The notes beneath the pieces were generated by a model. It saw only the letters and a list, made by a program, of their open reading frames with translations, was not told where the DNA came from and searched no databases. The translations under genes and the position numbers were made by a program. Of a stretch of 64,000 bases of DNA, positions 13,957-26,124 are shown one piece after another (position 1 is the first letter of the stretch; each line of letters opens with the position of its first letter). Source of the stretch: Proteromonas lacertae (lineage: Eukaryota); the NCBI GenBank assembly GCA_002245135.1, contig NGBS01000294.1, forward strand, positions 62,001 to 126,000, in the 5' to 3' direction.

Positions 13957-14823
13957 ATGTCTAGATTAGTTACCTTAAATGATGGAACGAAAGTATCACA
14001 ATTAGGTTTTGGATCATGGTATCTTGGTGATAATAAAAGTAAACATGATTCAGAAATTGAAGCAATAATAACAGCTATTAGATCTGGAATGACGTTAATA
14101 GACACAGCAGAATTGTATGGGGATGGTAAATCAGAAAGATTAGTTGGTGAAGCAATAAAAGCTATTTCATCAGAAATACCAAGAGATAAACTCTTTATTG
14201 TTTCAAAAGTATTACCTAAGAATGCATCACATAAACACATATTTAATTCCTGTGCTAATTCATTAAAGAGATTGGGTATTGATTACATTGATTTGTATTT
14301 ACTGCATTGGTATGGTCAACATGATTTAAATGAAACAGTTGAATGTTTTGAAGAATTAATTCAACAAGGTAAGATTAAGAGATGGGGAGTAAGTAATTTC
14401 GATGTATCAGAAATGGAAGAATTATATTCTCTTCCAAATGGCAATCACTGTGCTGTTAATCAAGTATTATACCATATAGCAAGTAGAGGAATTGAATATG
14501 ATTTAATCCCTTGGCAAAAAAAACATAATATTCCATTTATGTCTTATTGTCCACTAGCTCAAGCTGGAGATTTGAAGAGAGGATTGTATGATAATAAAAT
14601 ATTGAAGAAAATAGCTGAAAAGCATAATGCAACTATTTCACAGATATTGTTGGCTTTTGTGATGAGATATGATAATATTATAGCAATTCCAAGGTCTGGA
14701 AATAAAGATCATGTTATAGAGAACAGTAAAGCTGTTGATATAAAACTAGATGAAGAAGATTTGAATGAAATTGATAAAGAATTCCCTAAACCATTTCATA
14801 AATTACCATTAGATATAGTTTAG
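13957..14823 (+). CDS. Aldo-keto reductase, bacterial YeaE-like, intronless
   Basis: LGFGSW, IDTAELYGDG.SE, FIVSK, DYIDLYLLHW, GKIKRWGVSNF, NQVLYH, YCPLAQAG, and C-terminal PLDIV. Confidence 0.95.
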   Translation: MSRLVTLNDGTKVSQLGFGSWYLGDNKSKHDSEIEAIITAIRSGMTLIDTAELYGDGKSERLVGEAIKAISSEIPRDKLFIVSKVLPKNASHKHIFNSCANSLKRLGIDYIDLYLLHWYGQHDLNETVECFEELIQQGKIKRWGVSNFDVSEMEELYSLPNGNHCAVNQVLYHIASRGIEYDLIPWQKKHNIPFMSYCPLAQAGDLKRGLYDNKILKKIAEKHNATISQILLAFVMRYDNIIAIPRSGNKDHVIENSKAVDIKLDEEDLNEIDKEFPKPFHKLPLDIV

Positions 14824-14929
14824 AAATTATTTTTTGTTTGAGTAGTTTTTTTAAATTTAATGAAATATTTCATTAAAATGATGTGTTAGATATAATAAAC
14901 AATAATAGCAAACACCAAAAATATCTTAT

Positions 14930-15682
14930 TTACTTCTTTTTACCTTTCTTATTACCTCCTTTACCAGCTTTATTACTCATATTCTTTAAATCTTTGGCAC
15001 CTTGGGATGGATCTTCAAAATTATGTTCTCCATGAGTTATAGCATTTAAACTGCTCATAAAAACATCTAAATCACATGGTAAAAAACCAATTTTGAACAT
15101 AGCATTATCAGCATTGTATTTTTCTTCTACAATAGTTGCATATTTCTTTATTATACCTTGACATTTACCTACATACTTATTTGGAATAGTTAAATAACCT
15201 TCCATTTCATTTTTAACCAACATTATTATATCTTTCAATTTGGGAAGTAAATCATTCACTTGTTTTTCGGCGCTTGCATCTGGATTAATATTCAATGCTT
15301 TTATTTGATTGAATGCATTTTCTATTCTTGTTACAGGATGAGGATTTTTGGTTGTTGGATCAATAAAATTTTTGTGGACGTATTCTATCATTTGTGCCTT
15401 CTTCTTTTCTACCTGTTCCTTTCTTTCATTGGTTGAAACTTGATACTCTCCCTTCTTTACAATTATATCTAAACATTCATCAATATTGGTGGTATGAAAT
15501 GAATTATCTAAATCAGCTTCTTTTGGACGAGTTCCCTTCTTTATATCAAAGAATATTTCTTTAGTAACAACAACATCATCGAGTTTTGCTTTACCTTCTC
15601 TATATTGTTTAATTGATCCAGCATAGCAAATAATTTCAAAACTACTTTTACCTTCTTTATACCTGCAAATGATTTGTTCCAT
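14930..15682 (-). CDS. SBDS: SBDS/SDO1-family ribosome maturation factor
   Basis: RYKEGKSSFEI, EIFFDIKKG, IVKKGEYQVSTNER, IDPTTKNPHPVTRIENA. ATG at 15682. Confidence 0.9.
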   Translation of the reverse strand: MEQIICRYKEGKSSFEIICYAGSIKQYREGKAKLDDVVVTKEIFFDIKKGTRPKEADLDNSFHTTNIDECLDIIVKKGEYQVSTNERKEQVEKKKAQMIEYVHKNFIDPTTKNPHPVTRIENAFNQIKALNINPDASAEKQVNDLLPKLKDIIMLVKNEMEGYLTIPNKYVGKCQGIIKKYATIVEEKYNADNAMFKIGFLPCDLDVFMSSLNAITHGEHNFEDPSQGAKDLKNMSNKAGKGGNKKGKKK

Positions 15683-15777
15683 GTGTTTTATTTTTTGGAA
15701 CAATTATTGAAAAATTATCGTTTCAATTCGTTTTTAAAATATCATAACTCTTGAATGAATGACTTTGCGTAGATAAT

Positions 15778-16555
15778 ATGTGTATTATTTTATTTAATTT
15801 GTTTTTTTAGACTCATCATACAGCGATAGTTCATTGAATTCCTTCACTTACAATAATAACAGAAGTAGTAGACATAAATTTAAGTGTCCATTATTAGAAT
15901 CTCCACATTTAGATAGAGAAAGATTATTAAAAGAAATTGTTGTATTATTTTATCTCGTTTAAATATTTTTCTATAGAAGGAACCAGTGAAGCTGCCAAAG
16001 CTAAAAATAAACGATCCTAATAGATTTGCAAATGTAAATACAACTGGAGGTTATCCAGCTGCAGTTCCAATTAATTCAATAACTGAAGTAACAAGTACAT
16101 TCTATACTAATATCAAAGTTGATCCATTTCGTCCTGTGCATATTCCTAAATCTATATCTACAATATCTCCAGTAGCTATTAAAAATAGGAGAGAGTTTCA
16201 ACTAAGACAGAAATATCCAAATAAAACTGATGAAGAATTATTCCCATCCTACCAATCTATCCAAAAATCAAAAGAAAAAAAGCAGAAGAAAAATGAGGTT
16301 AAATGTATAGAAGAATCATTTATGATAAATGGAATAAAAACATCTTCCAATTCTATTGAAGATGCATTGTATATACCATCTACGTATATTAGAAAAACTG
16401 TTTCTGAAATAACTCCAATAACAACAAAAGCAGCTGATAATCATAGTAAAATAGAGGTGCTTCCTTCTTTACCAAGTTGTACACATGATATTAGATCAAA
16501 TCCATACTTAAAAGAGAAAGAAGAATTACAAAGTAGAAAGTATAAGTGGAAATAA
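15778..16555 (+). CDS. Hypothetical protein (two short introns)
   Basis: An ATG-led spliced model joins the 189-aa ORF through two GT-AG introns. No recognisable domain. Confidence 0.55.
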
Positions 16556-16644
16556 TATATGAATTGTTTATGTGTATTAATGTATATATAAAAGTATAAT
16601 AATATTAATAATAATAATATATTTTTAATAAAAATAAATGAATT

Positions 16645-17569
16645 TTAATTTGTTTTATTTAAGAAAAAATGTCGAATATCTTCTTGGATTAATAATCTTT
16701 CTTTTTCATTACAAATATTGTAGAATTCATTCATCAAATTTACTTTTTCTTGATGACTTAAAGGTAAATAAAAATTAATCCAAGCTTCTATTACATACAA
16801 TAAAATATTATTATTTAAATATATATATATATATATATACTTGGAAGTACAACAGATGCATAATTGTTATTAGGCAACTTTGTTAGATCACTTTTATCAT
16901 ACTTCACTAATATTTCTTTAGCTTCTCTTTCAGATAATACATTATTCAAGAATTTCTCTATTAACAACATTCTCTCAGTTCTTTTGGAATGATTCCATAA
17001 TAACACTAAAGTAGCCATTCTAATGAATGTATTTTGAATTCTAAAACGTTCTAGAAAGTCTTGGACAGATGTTATTGGTAGTTGATCATCTTTTTCTTTG
17101 ATTATTTCTCTTATTTCTTTAGCTTGTTTTTTTAGAAATGCATCTTCGGTTATATCTACACCCTATTTATCATATGTATGTGTTAATAAAATACATTATT
17201 GTATATATGAAGTGCTTCTCCATATTTTTCTAAAGATCTTAAAGAAAATCCCCATCTATGATAGCCTTTAACAAAATCTGGTTTTAATTCAACTGTTTTT
17301 TCTGCATAATTATAATATATCAATCAAATACTAGCATCTTCTATTGCTTCCTCATATTTCTTAAGTTCTATATAGCACGCAGCTCTATTGCTATACAATA
17401 ACTACATTTATAATTAAAAATATATTCATACATGATTGTTTTCATCAATCTTTATTGCTTCTGAGTAAAAATTTATTGCAGTTTCATAATCCTTTGCTTT
17501 AAAAGCTTCATTGCCTTTTGTTTTTAGCTCTTCACCTATTGAAATTAAACTATTTATTATACTGCTCAT
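16645..17569 (-). CDS. TPR protein (STI1/HOP TPR1-like N-terminus)
   Basis: Spliced translation EELKTKGNEAFKAKDYETAINFYSEAI..LYSNRAACYIEL..VELKPDFVKGYHR. Confidence 0.85.
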
Positions 17570-17615
17570 TTTTATTCAAAAAAATTAAAATTTGGCTTGG
17601 ATATGGTTTGAAAAA

Positions 17616-18085
17616 ATGGAACAAAAATTAGATGGAATACAATGGACTAAAGGAGATGTAATAAACAATTTTTTGAAGTATAGATAATATTTAATCTTAT
17701 AAGCACTCCAGTATCATCAGATAAACGAATGACAATAATTTGTTGTAGTAACACATGGTTTCCTCCTGCAATGGCTGTAGTACAATTATTCGAAAAACTT
17801 AAACAGAAAGGATATTTAAATTATGCTAATGTCTTTTATGTGGACATTTCTGTGGAAGTTAAATTTTCAAAAGAGAATGATATATTTACTAGTCCAACAA
17901 TAATGATATATTGGGATGGTCAACCTTTTACAATAAGACGAGCAGATTACAGAGATGATAATAAATTTGTTGGTTCTGTAACAGAAGAAGATGTATTATT
18001 TATTTTATATAATGTATAGTTAATTTCTTTAGTAAGTTATGCAAGAGAATGTGGAGATAAAGGCAATTATATTTTGTATATTTAA
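17616..18085 (+). CDS. Thioredoxin-fold protein lacking CxxC
   Basis: TIICCSNTWFPPA (WCxPC position), VFYVDI, DIFTSPTIMIYWDGQ. Two introns of about 26 nt. Confidence 0.6.
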
Positions 18086-18271
18086 TTAGACTGATTTTAA
18101 TTTGTTTTTTTAACCATTCACTCAACTTTATTTGGGTATATTGGAATGAATAATAATAATAATATTGAGAAGCTTTTTAAGATAGTTAAAATTAAATATT
18201 CAAGCTTTATCAAACTATTTTAAAATTATTATTTATTTTTCCATTCTTTCTTTAAGAAATATAATTAATGG

Positions 18272-18946
18272 ATGTTTAATAAGGTGTTAACATTAGCTAT
18301 ACTTGTTATTTTATTTATCTCTTTTTATCAAGAAGAAAAATTGATGTTTGAGTTGTCATTTAGTAATAGTAACATATTAGAAATAGAATATATAAATATT
18401 TCTACCAATTTACAAATTAGTGATGATAATACAGAAGGTGTTGATCTGAATTCTACTGTTGATAGAATTTTATTAGAATATAATGTAAGTATACATAAAA
18501 ATAAAAGTTTAAACAATACGATTGATATTATTATCCCATTTAATACTTCACTGAGTAATGTAAAATGTTGTTTAAATCTAATGTCTGTAATATCAATATT
18601 AAAAAGCAAAAAAATGATAATATATTATGAAAATGAGAATAACAAGGTAAATATAACGGATAATGTAGTAGAATTGAAAACAGAAATGAAATATGAAAAT
18701 GAAATAATGAAAATAGTTAATTTAATCATTAACAACAGCAATATAACAGTTTATATTGGTATATTGATGTTATTTATAAATTATTATATTATAGGAAGTT
18801 GTGTAAATGAATTAAATGTAATTGATATTATAAAGAAGAGTAGAATTATGGATTTATTGAAATTAAAAGTAGATCATTTAATATATGATGGTGATGAATT
18901 ATTGAGAATTTTGCTAATAAAAGTAAGTAAATTAGTGTTTTTATAA
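18272..18946 (+). CDS. Hypothetical type II membrane/secreted protein
   Basis: 224-aa ORF with an N-terminal hydrophobic segment and NxS/T sites. Probably contains one in-frame intron. Confidence 0.5.
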   Translation: MFNKVLTLAILVILFISFYQEEKLMFELSFSNSNILEIEYINISTNLQISDDNTEGVDLNSTVDRILLEYNVSIHKNKSLNNTIDIIIPFNTSLSNVKCCLNLMSVISILKSKKMIIYYENENNKVNITDNVVELKTEMKYENEIMKIVNLIINNSNITVYIGILMLFINYYIIGSCVNELNVIDIIKKSRIMDLLKLKVDHLIYDGDELLRILLIKVSKLVFL

Positions 18947-19046
18947 TAGTAAATTCAATTATTTATCGATATAAATGTGTTGTTCAAAAATAAATGAAAT
19001 ATATTCGTTTCATATTTTATTCTTTTTCATTTATTCATTTTTTTCA

Positions 19047-20383
19047 ATGAATAAACTGTGCATTACTTTATTTATAGGATTTTTGATTATAAGCCTATGC
19101 AGTTGTGAAGATGAGCTTGAGATTAGAGATGAAGCAAATACAGAAGAGGAAGTAGATAAAACAGTTAATAGTAATGATATTAACATTGATAAGGTATATT
19201 ATTAATGTATGCTATGCATTTATAGGATGTAGAATATCGACCAAAAGAACCTCGTAAAGGAATTAAATATTTAGAGACATTCCAAGATGATCCATTTATG
19301 GGAAATAGATGGCATGAGAGTAGTGATGAGAAATATGTAAATCAGTTATGGAAATATGGATATGGAGTGTTAAGTCCATCAATTGAAGGAGACAAGTGTT
19401 TAATAATTGGTCGAGGTGGTAGTCACTATGCAGCAGGTAGTTTAATAAAATTTCCAATAGACAACACAAATGAAGATTTAATAATCCAATATGAATTGAG
19501 ATTTCAAAAGACACTTACATGTAGTGGAGCATATTTGAAGTTATTATCAAGCAATGTAACTGATTTATCAAAATTGAATAATGATTCGCCTTATATAATC
19601 ATGTTTGGTCCAGATAAATGTGGGAATAGAAGGAAAGTGCAATTAATATTTCGTCACTACGATAGAGTAAAGAATGAATGGATATTAAGCCATATAAAAG
19701 AAGAAATTAGTTTTCCAATTAATGACAAATATACTCATTTATATACTCTAATTATTAAAAAAGATAATAGTGTTAAAATATACATTGATTTGAAAGAAGT
19801 GTTTAATGGTAATTTATTGTATGATTTTGAACCACCATTTGTACCACCAGCTGTATATTTTAATATAATATAATATATATATATATATATAAATAGTTAA
19901 TAGATGATCCTGATGATAAAAAGCCTTCAAATTGGGAAGAAAATCCCAAAATCGTAGATCCATTAGCCAAAAAACCATCTGATTGGGATGAAAGTGAACC
20001 AGAAATGATATATGATATGAATGCAGTAAAACCAGAAGGATGGAGTGATGATGGTAAAGAATATATTGAAGATGTAAATGCAGTTAAACCCAAAGGTATT
20101 TTTATTATATATATATATTATTATATATTCATATTAGATTGGAATGATGAAGAAGATGGTGAATGGGAAAGACCATTAATAAAGAATCCAGTTTGTGTGA
20201 ATATAGGATGTGGTGAGTGGAAAAGACCAATTATTCGTAATCCAAAATATAAAGGTAAATGGGTACCACCATTAATTGATAATCCTAATTATAAGGGTAA
20301 ATGGAAACCTAAACAGATTCCTAATCCTTATTATTATGAAGATGAAAATCCATATATTATGCCACCAATTGTATATATTATTA

Positions 20384-20414
<31 letters not shown>

Positions 20415-21032
20415 TTTATTAAGGGTTCTGTTGCTATTGAAGTATGGTCAGTAGATGAATATATCGCATTTGATAATATTATCATTGGAAGTGACGAAGG
20501 AATAATCAAAGCATTTGCTAAAGAGACTTTCTTAAAGAAACATGAAAGTGAACTTAATAAGATTAAAAAGGAAAAGAAACAGAATAAAGTAAGTGATTAT
20601 TATAAAGTATTAATAATTATATAATATATATATATAGACTCATTTGAAAGGAACATTAAGTGGTACAGTTGCTTATTACATTGCCAAATTTATGGAATGG
20701 ATTAGTGATGATTATTATATATCAGCTGGTGTGATATTTCTTTTAACTATCGTTATTATTGGACTGACTATATTTTTCACTAGATTTATAGATTTTGATC
20801 CAGACGTTGATTCTGCTGTTAGAAATTTGGAGAATAAGATGTTAAGAGAAGCTGAATTTGCTAGAAATGTATATTATATATTCTAAATTACATTTATAAC
20901 TGCATTATATAGAATCGAAAGAGAGAAATGGAGAAAATGAAGAAATTAAAGAAGGATGAGGAGAAAGAAGAAGTAAAAGATAGTAAAGTTGTTGGAAATA
21001 ATGATAAAAGTGACTTGAGAAAAAGAAAATAG
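19047..21032 (+). CDS. CANX: Calnexin
   Basis: Signal peptide; [32 protein letters not shown]-domain repeats ([38 protein letters not shown]); one TM helix; basic tail ending RKRK. Confidence 0.95.
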
Positions 21033-21341
21033 AGATTATGATAAATATATGTTGTTTTTTCTTTTTTTCTATGATTTATGTGATATTCACTTTCTTGATT
21101 TGCATAATTTCACTTCATAATGATGTTGTTCTATAAAAGTACCTCATCAAATGTAAAACAATCTAAAAAGGGAATGTACATTCTACAGTCTACCTTAATC
21201 GTAACAAATGTATAATTTACAAGAATATATTCCTTTATATCCCTTTAATCTCAATTTTCAAAAGTATAACTGATAAAAACGACTATATTTTTGAAACACA
21301 TTTTAATAATATGAATATATATATTTAATCAATTAATTACT

Positions 21342-22940
21342 TTAATTAACTATACGTTGATTCTTCAATTCAGCAAGCAAATCTTTGATTGGACTACTTT
21401 TATAATAAATAGAGTTCATTAAATCATTTAAACACAGTGTTTCAGATGTGAGACTTCTACTCCAACTTTTAATATCGTCATACTTCATACCATCACTTGT
21501 TCTTATTTTCCCATTCTTCATTAAACTAGCTCTGTAACAACAGCCATTATGTCTCAATTCTAAGATATCAACTCCTGGAGATATATGTTTCTGTTTAATT
21601 AGTTTGTATAAATCATTATTCAATTCATTACTATCAACTACTTTACTGTTCTCCATAAATGAATAATCATCATCAAAATCTTCCATTTTCTCCTGTATAT
21701 TTCTATAGTAAATACTATTATTATTATTATTGATTTCATCATCATCACTAGGTAGTTTATTAATGCTATTATTGTTATTACAATTATCATCACTTTTATC
21801 ACTTCCACTACTACTTATATCATTATTATAATAACAAGATGCAGGAGGTCTAGTTTCATTTCTAAATTTATCATTTGTATAATATGAATTATTATTATTA
21901 TTATTTATATCTTCTTCTTCTTCTTCTTCTTCTATTTCATTATTATGACTATCATCATCAGTATCATCTGTTTCATCTTCTAATTCCATTTCCTCTACTT
22001 TATCTTTAGATCCGTTCAATATTAAATCCTCATAATCACTTAAATTCTTATCATTATAATATAAATTCTTCCAATTCACTTTATTAACTTTATTATTATT
22101 ATTGGAGTTATTTTGATTTGCAATACTTTTTATCCAATCAATGATACTATTAAAATAATTATTATTTTCATCAGTTACATGGCAATTTTCATCTAAAGAG
22201 CTTAATACATCAATTGTATCACTTTTATATCTTAAATTATTCTTACCACCTCTAAATATTCCCTTTTCAAAGCCTAATTTGAAATAATCTACTGAATTCT
22301 ATTATATAATTATTATTATAATATTATTATTATTATACATGCAAATGAGTAACATAACGATTCTTGTTTGATTTTATTGATGATAACTGCATGGATGATG
22401 ATGAACTACTTGGAAAACTATTGTGATTAAAGTGTTGACGACGGTGAGTGAAATGCATATGCTGTCGAGATTGCTGCTGTTGTGGCGGTAGTGGTGGCGT
22501 TGATGAGGGAAGAGGAGATGGAAGAGGTGAGAACTGAGGTGAATTTATATTGTATGGATTAACATCTGGAAGTATGTAATGCCGCCTATTTTGCATTTCA
22601 TACTCTGGTGTAGCATTATTTGGCTTCGGATTTATGCTAGTAGTGGCAAATATTTGTTCAAATGCTGATAAAGGAGTCTCTCCATACTTGACTATGGATA
22701 ATATCTGTCCCGGCGTTGCTATAGCATTGTTAACCTAAATAGAATATAATCTAAACTATGCCATACACATTTAGTAACCCATTCCGGTACATCGCCGAAA
22801 GTCTCTGAATTTTCATCTAGAATGGTTCCATCTGATAAAACATCCGCTCTATAAGTTCTATCTCCAAGGGTGAAGCTTAGCTTCTCATACCCTGGTTCGA
22901 TCAGACCGTGTTGAAGGTACTTCTTAATAAAACATTCCAT
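21342..22940 (-). CDS. Protein with three RAMA-like domains separated by low-complexity linkers
   Basis: Introns at 22766-22735 and 22338-22299 join three ORFs in frame. Three segments match the MPND-type RAMA pattern (see findings). Confidence 0.75.
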
Positions 22941-23420
22941 ATTAATATATGGATACTAATGCAAGTTAAATTAGACTTTTTCAGTCGTTAGGTTAATAGA
23001 AAAGAATAAGAGCACAGCAAAAACAGATTCAGTTTCTTTCTTTTTTATTTTTGCACATCAGAGTATTCATTACTAATCTGCTGTACTCGAAATTTTTACA
23101 CAACAATACTATGCAAATTGTTCATGCAAAACTGAATTCAAGTAACCAGATCTTCACCTTTAATCGATTTACTTTTACAAGCCCTTCTGAATATTATTAA
23201 TTTACAAACTGATTTATTATGATTTAAATAACAACTCACCATACATTTCATGCTAGGCACTACAGAAATTTTATTTTATAATCAGCTACAGAGCTGTATA
23301 GGGAAATAAACAAATAAAAACATTAATTCAATACAAAATAAAGAGTTGTTAATAATGATTCTTTATCGAAAATAAAAAATAGAAAAGTGCTGTTATAATT
23401 ACTTAGTGACAGTGTGTAGT

Positions 23421-24792
23421 TTACCTCATTCTAAGTAAATAATTACCATTCTGTGTTATATATCTAACCCATGGTAATGCATCATAACCACTCCTTTCTG
23501 AAATCTTCAAATATCTAACTTGTATACCTGACACTGTGAAATATGGTATTTCAAACACTACAGATATAGGTCTTGATTTCATTTCCTAAGTTTAATAATA
23601 TATATATATATATATATTATTATACTTCTGATTCTTCTTTTTCTACAGATGGTAAACCAAACTGTGCTTCCATTGTATACTGCTTACCACCGTATAATTG
23701 CTTAATATTCCATGCCATACAGTCTTTTTCAGGAACATATTTACAATTACCAATATTAGACTTAAAGATGGGTGAATCTACATCACTTGGAACTGGAATA
23801 TTAATGACAACATCATTGGCAATAGAACGAGATTTAAAATTAGATTTCATACTTACTATGTAATTAATTCTACTAGGCTTTCTATGAATTGCACATTCTA
23901 CCCATATTAAAGGTTTGACTTGAGTATTAATTCTATAATTCATTAACTCAAATTCACCATCAGGAGGAATAAATGAAATTGTTCTATCTGTCTCGAATCT
24001 TGTCAATCTTACACACTGATGGAAACGAACATCTTCCATTTCTATAGCTCGAGCTTTAGAACCTGCACCACTATTTTCAAGCATAAGTTTGTCATTCAAA
24101 CCAAGTTTTAATTCTGGCATTCCTGATAAACATGATTTTACATGAACTGTACCTATAATATCACTTGATATAATATTTCCATTAGCCGCCATCTGTAAAT
24201 TGACTTTTTCAATTACATCAAGGAATATTTCATTCTTTCTGTACTTAATACCTTCAGGTCTCCATGATACAACATTGGTGACTGTAGATAGAGTCTTTGA
24301 AGCTTTTTCTGATTTGAAACTCTCTTGTGTGATATAATCTTGAAGGATTTTATGATCTGTAACTTGTGGATAGCCATAATCCATCATTTCATCGAACAGT
24401 TCGTAAATAATTACGAAATTATCTTTTATTGAAGCTTCAGTCATATCACCGAAGTAGTGTGTGAAAACATCAGTCAACGAAGTTAAATAGACTAACAATG
24501 AAACTACATTTGCATTTCTTCCAGAACAACCCATAATATATAAACCATTATTCTATTCAAAATAGATAAAAAGAGGAATATACTTTAACATATGCATATG
24601 TAACATTATTCCTTACAATAACTGGTTTTAAATCGTTTTCATCAGTTTCTCTGACAATTTCTACAAACCTATTCAGCAATATTGACTAAAATCATACACA
24701 TCAGCAGCTGTTGATGGTACATCTCCTCTATATTGTCTACTTATTAGAATTTTGCCTTGATGGTCAATTATATAAACTGCAGCAGCAGACAT
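23421..24792 (-). CDS. AP1M1: AP-1 complex subunit mu
   Basis: GKILISRQYRGDVP, SIKDNFVIIYELFDEMMDYGYPQ, VSWRPEGIKYRKNEIFLDVIE, FHQCVRL, ISFIPPDGEFELM, FEIPYFTVSGIQVRYLKI, ALPWVRYIT. Confidence 0.95.
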
Positions 24793-24859
24793 TATTGAGA
24801 AAAAGAAGAATTAAAGAAGATTTTTGTTTGACTAAAACGAATCTATATTTTGAAACAAA

Positions 24860-25991
24860 ATGAATGATCAAATTTCTAAAGAGGAATCAGTTGAAATAGA
24901 TAACAAATTAGTTGGTATATATAACGAAGACTAAAATTTTTTTAGAAGATATAATAGAAGATGATAAAGGTAAGTTTAAGAAATTATATCGTTCTGATGA
25001 TGAAAGACAAACTTCAGATCCATCAGATGCGAGTTATGGATTATGCCCAAGGGATGATGCTCCTGATTTTTGTCAATGTCCTTGTTGTTCAAACTGTAGA
25101 CCTATCAAAGCTAGAAAGTGTTGTAGCAAATGTACACGAACTTCATCGACTCAAAGTCCAAATATATGTAAATATTGCATGTTAATAACAACAGATCGTA
25201 AATGTCCATTTCTACAGCATAAGGATATTCGTGATATGTTATGCCATGGTCATAGTTATTCAGATTCAGAAGAAGAAGAAGCTACACCTCCTTTTGATCC
25301 TATCAATTTATTAACTGATTCACTAGGAGGTACAGGTATAATGAGGCCATTTTCCTTAGGAATACCGCCCTCATTCCTTGAAGATAAACCAAAATCACTA
25401 TTAGATCCAAAATATAAAAGAAATCCAACCAATTTGAAAGATTTATTAGATTTATACACATTTAATTCAGTTGAAAAGAACTTGAATAATAATAATAATA
25501 ACGAAAATAAATCAATTGATGTAGTAGTAGAAGAAGAAGATCTTCATTCAGATATTCTATTAGAGAAATTAGGAAAAATTGAAAGTAATAATGAAAGTGA
25601 AGAAGAAAAATCAAATGATGATGATGATGATGATGATGAATTAATTGATCCAGAAATAAGCAATTTATTAAAACAGAATCCACCTAATAATCTATATCCC
25701 TATTCAACACTATTAAGTGATGAAAATATGAATGATGATGATATTAATACAAGTCCATTTCATTCAAATTGGGATAATAGTGGTATTTATAGTGATTTAC
25801 AATTTAATATGTTTTCTGGAGTATGTAAAGCATCAATTTCAGTAGAAGATCTTGGTATTGATGAGGTGTATAATAAATTTATGAATAAAGTTTCTAAATT
25901 CATTAGTGATGAGTTACAAAAAGAAGTTAATGATGATGAAGTTGGAGTAGAGATTGAAAATAAAGTAGGGAAGTTTGAGCCTGAAGATTGA
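24860..25991 (+). CDS. Hypothetical protein with a Cys/His-rich (putative zinc-binding) cluster and acidic C-terminus
   Basis: CQCPCCSNC..CCSKC..CKYC..CPFLQH..CHGH. ATG at 24860, one short intron. Confidence 0.65.
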
Positions 25992-26124
25992 GATGTAATT
26001 AATTATTTAATTAATTTAAAACATTTAGTTTTAAATGAATTTGAGTTTATTCACAATAAAACAAAACACATTCAAGCCAAAAGCTTGCATTTTGGTAATT
26101 TGAAATTCTTTGATTTTCTTCTGA

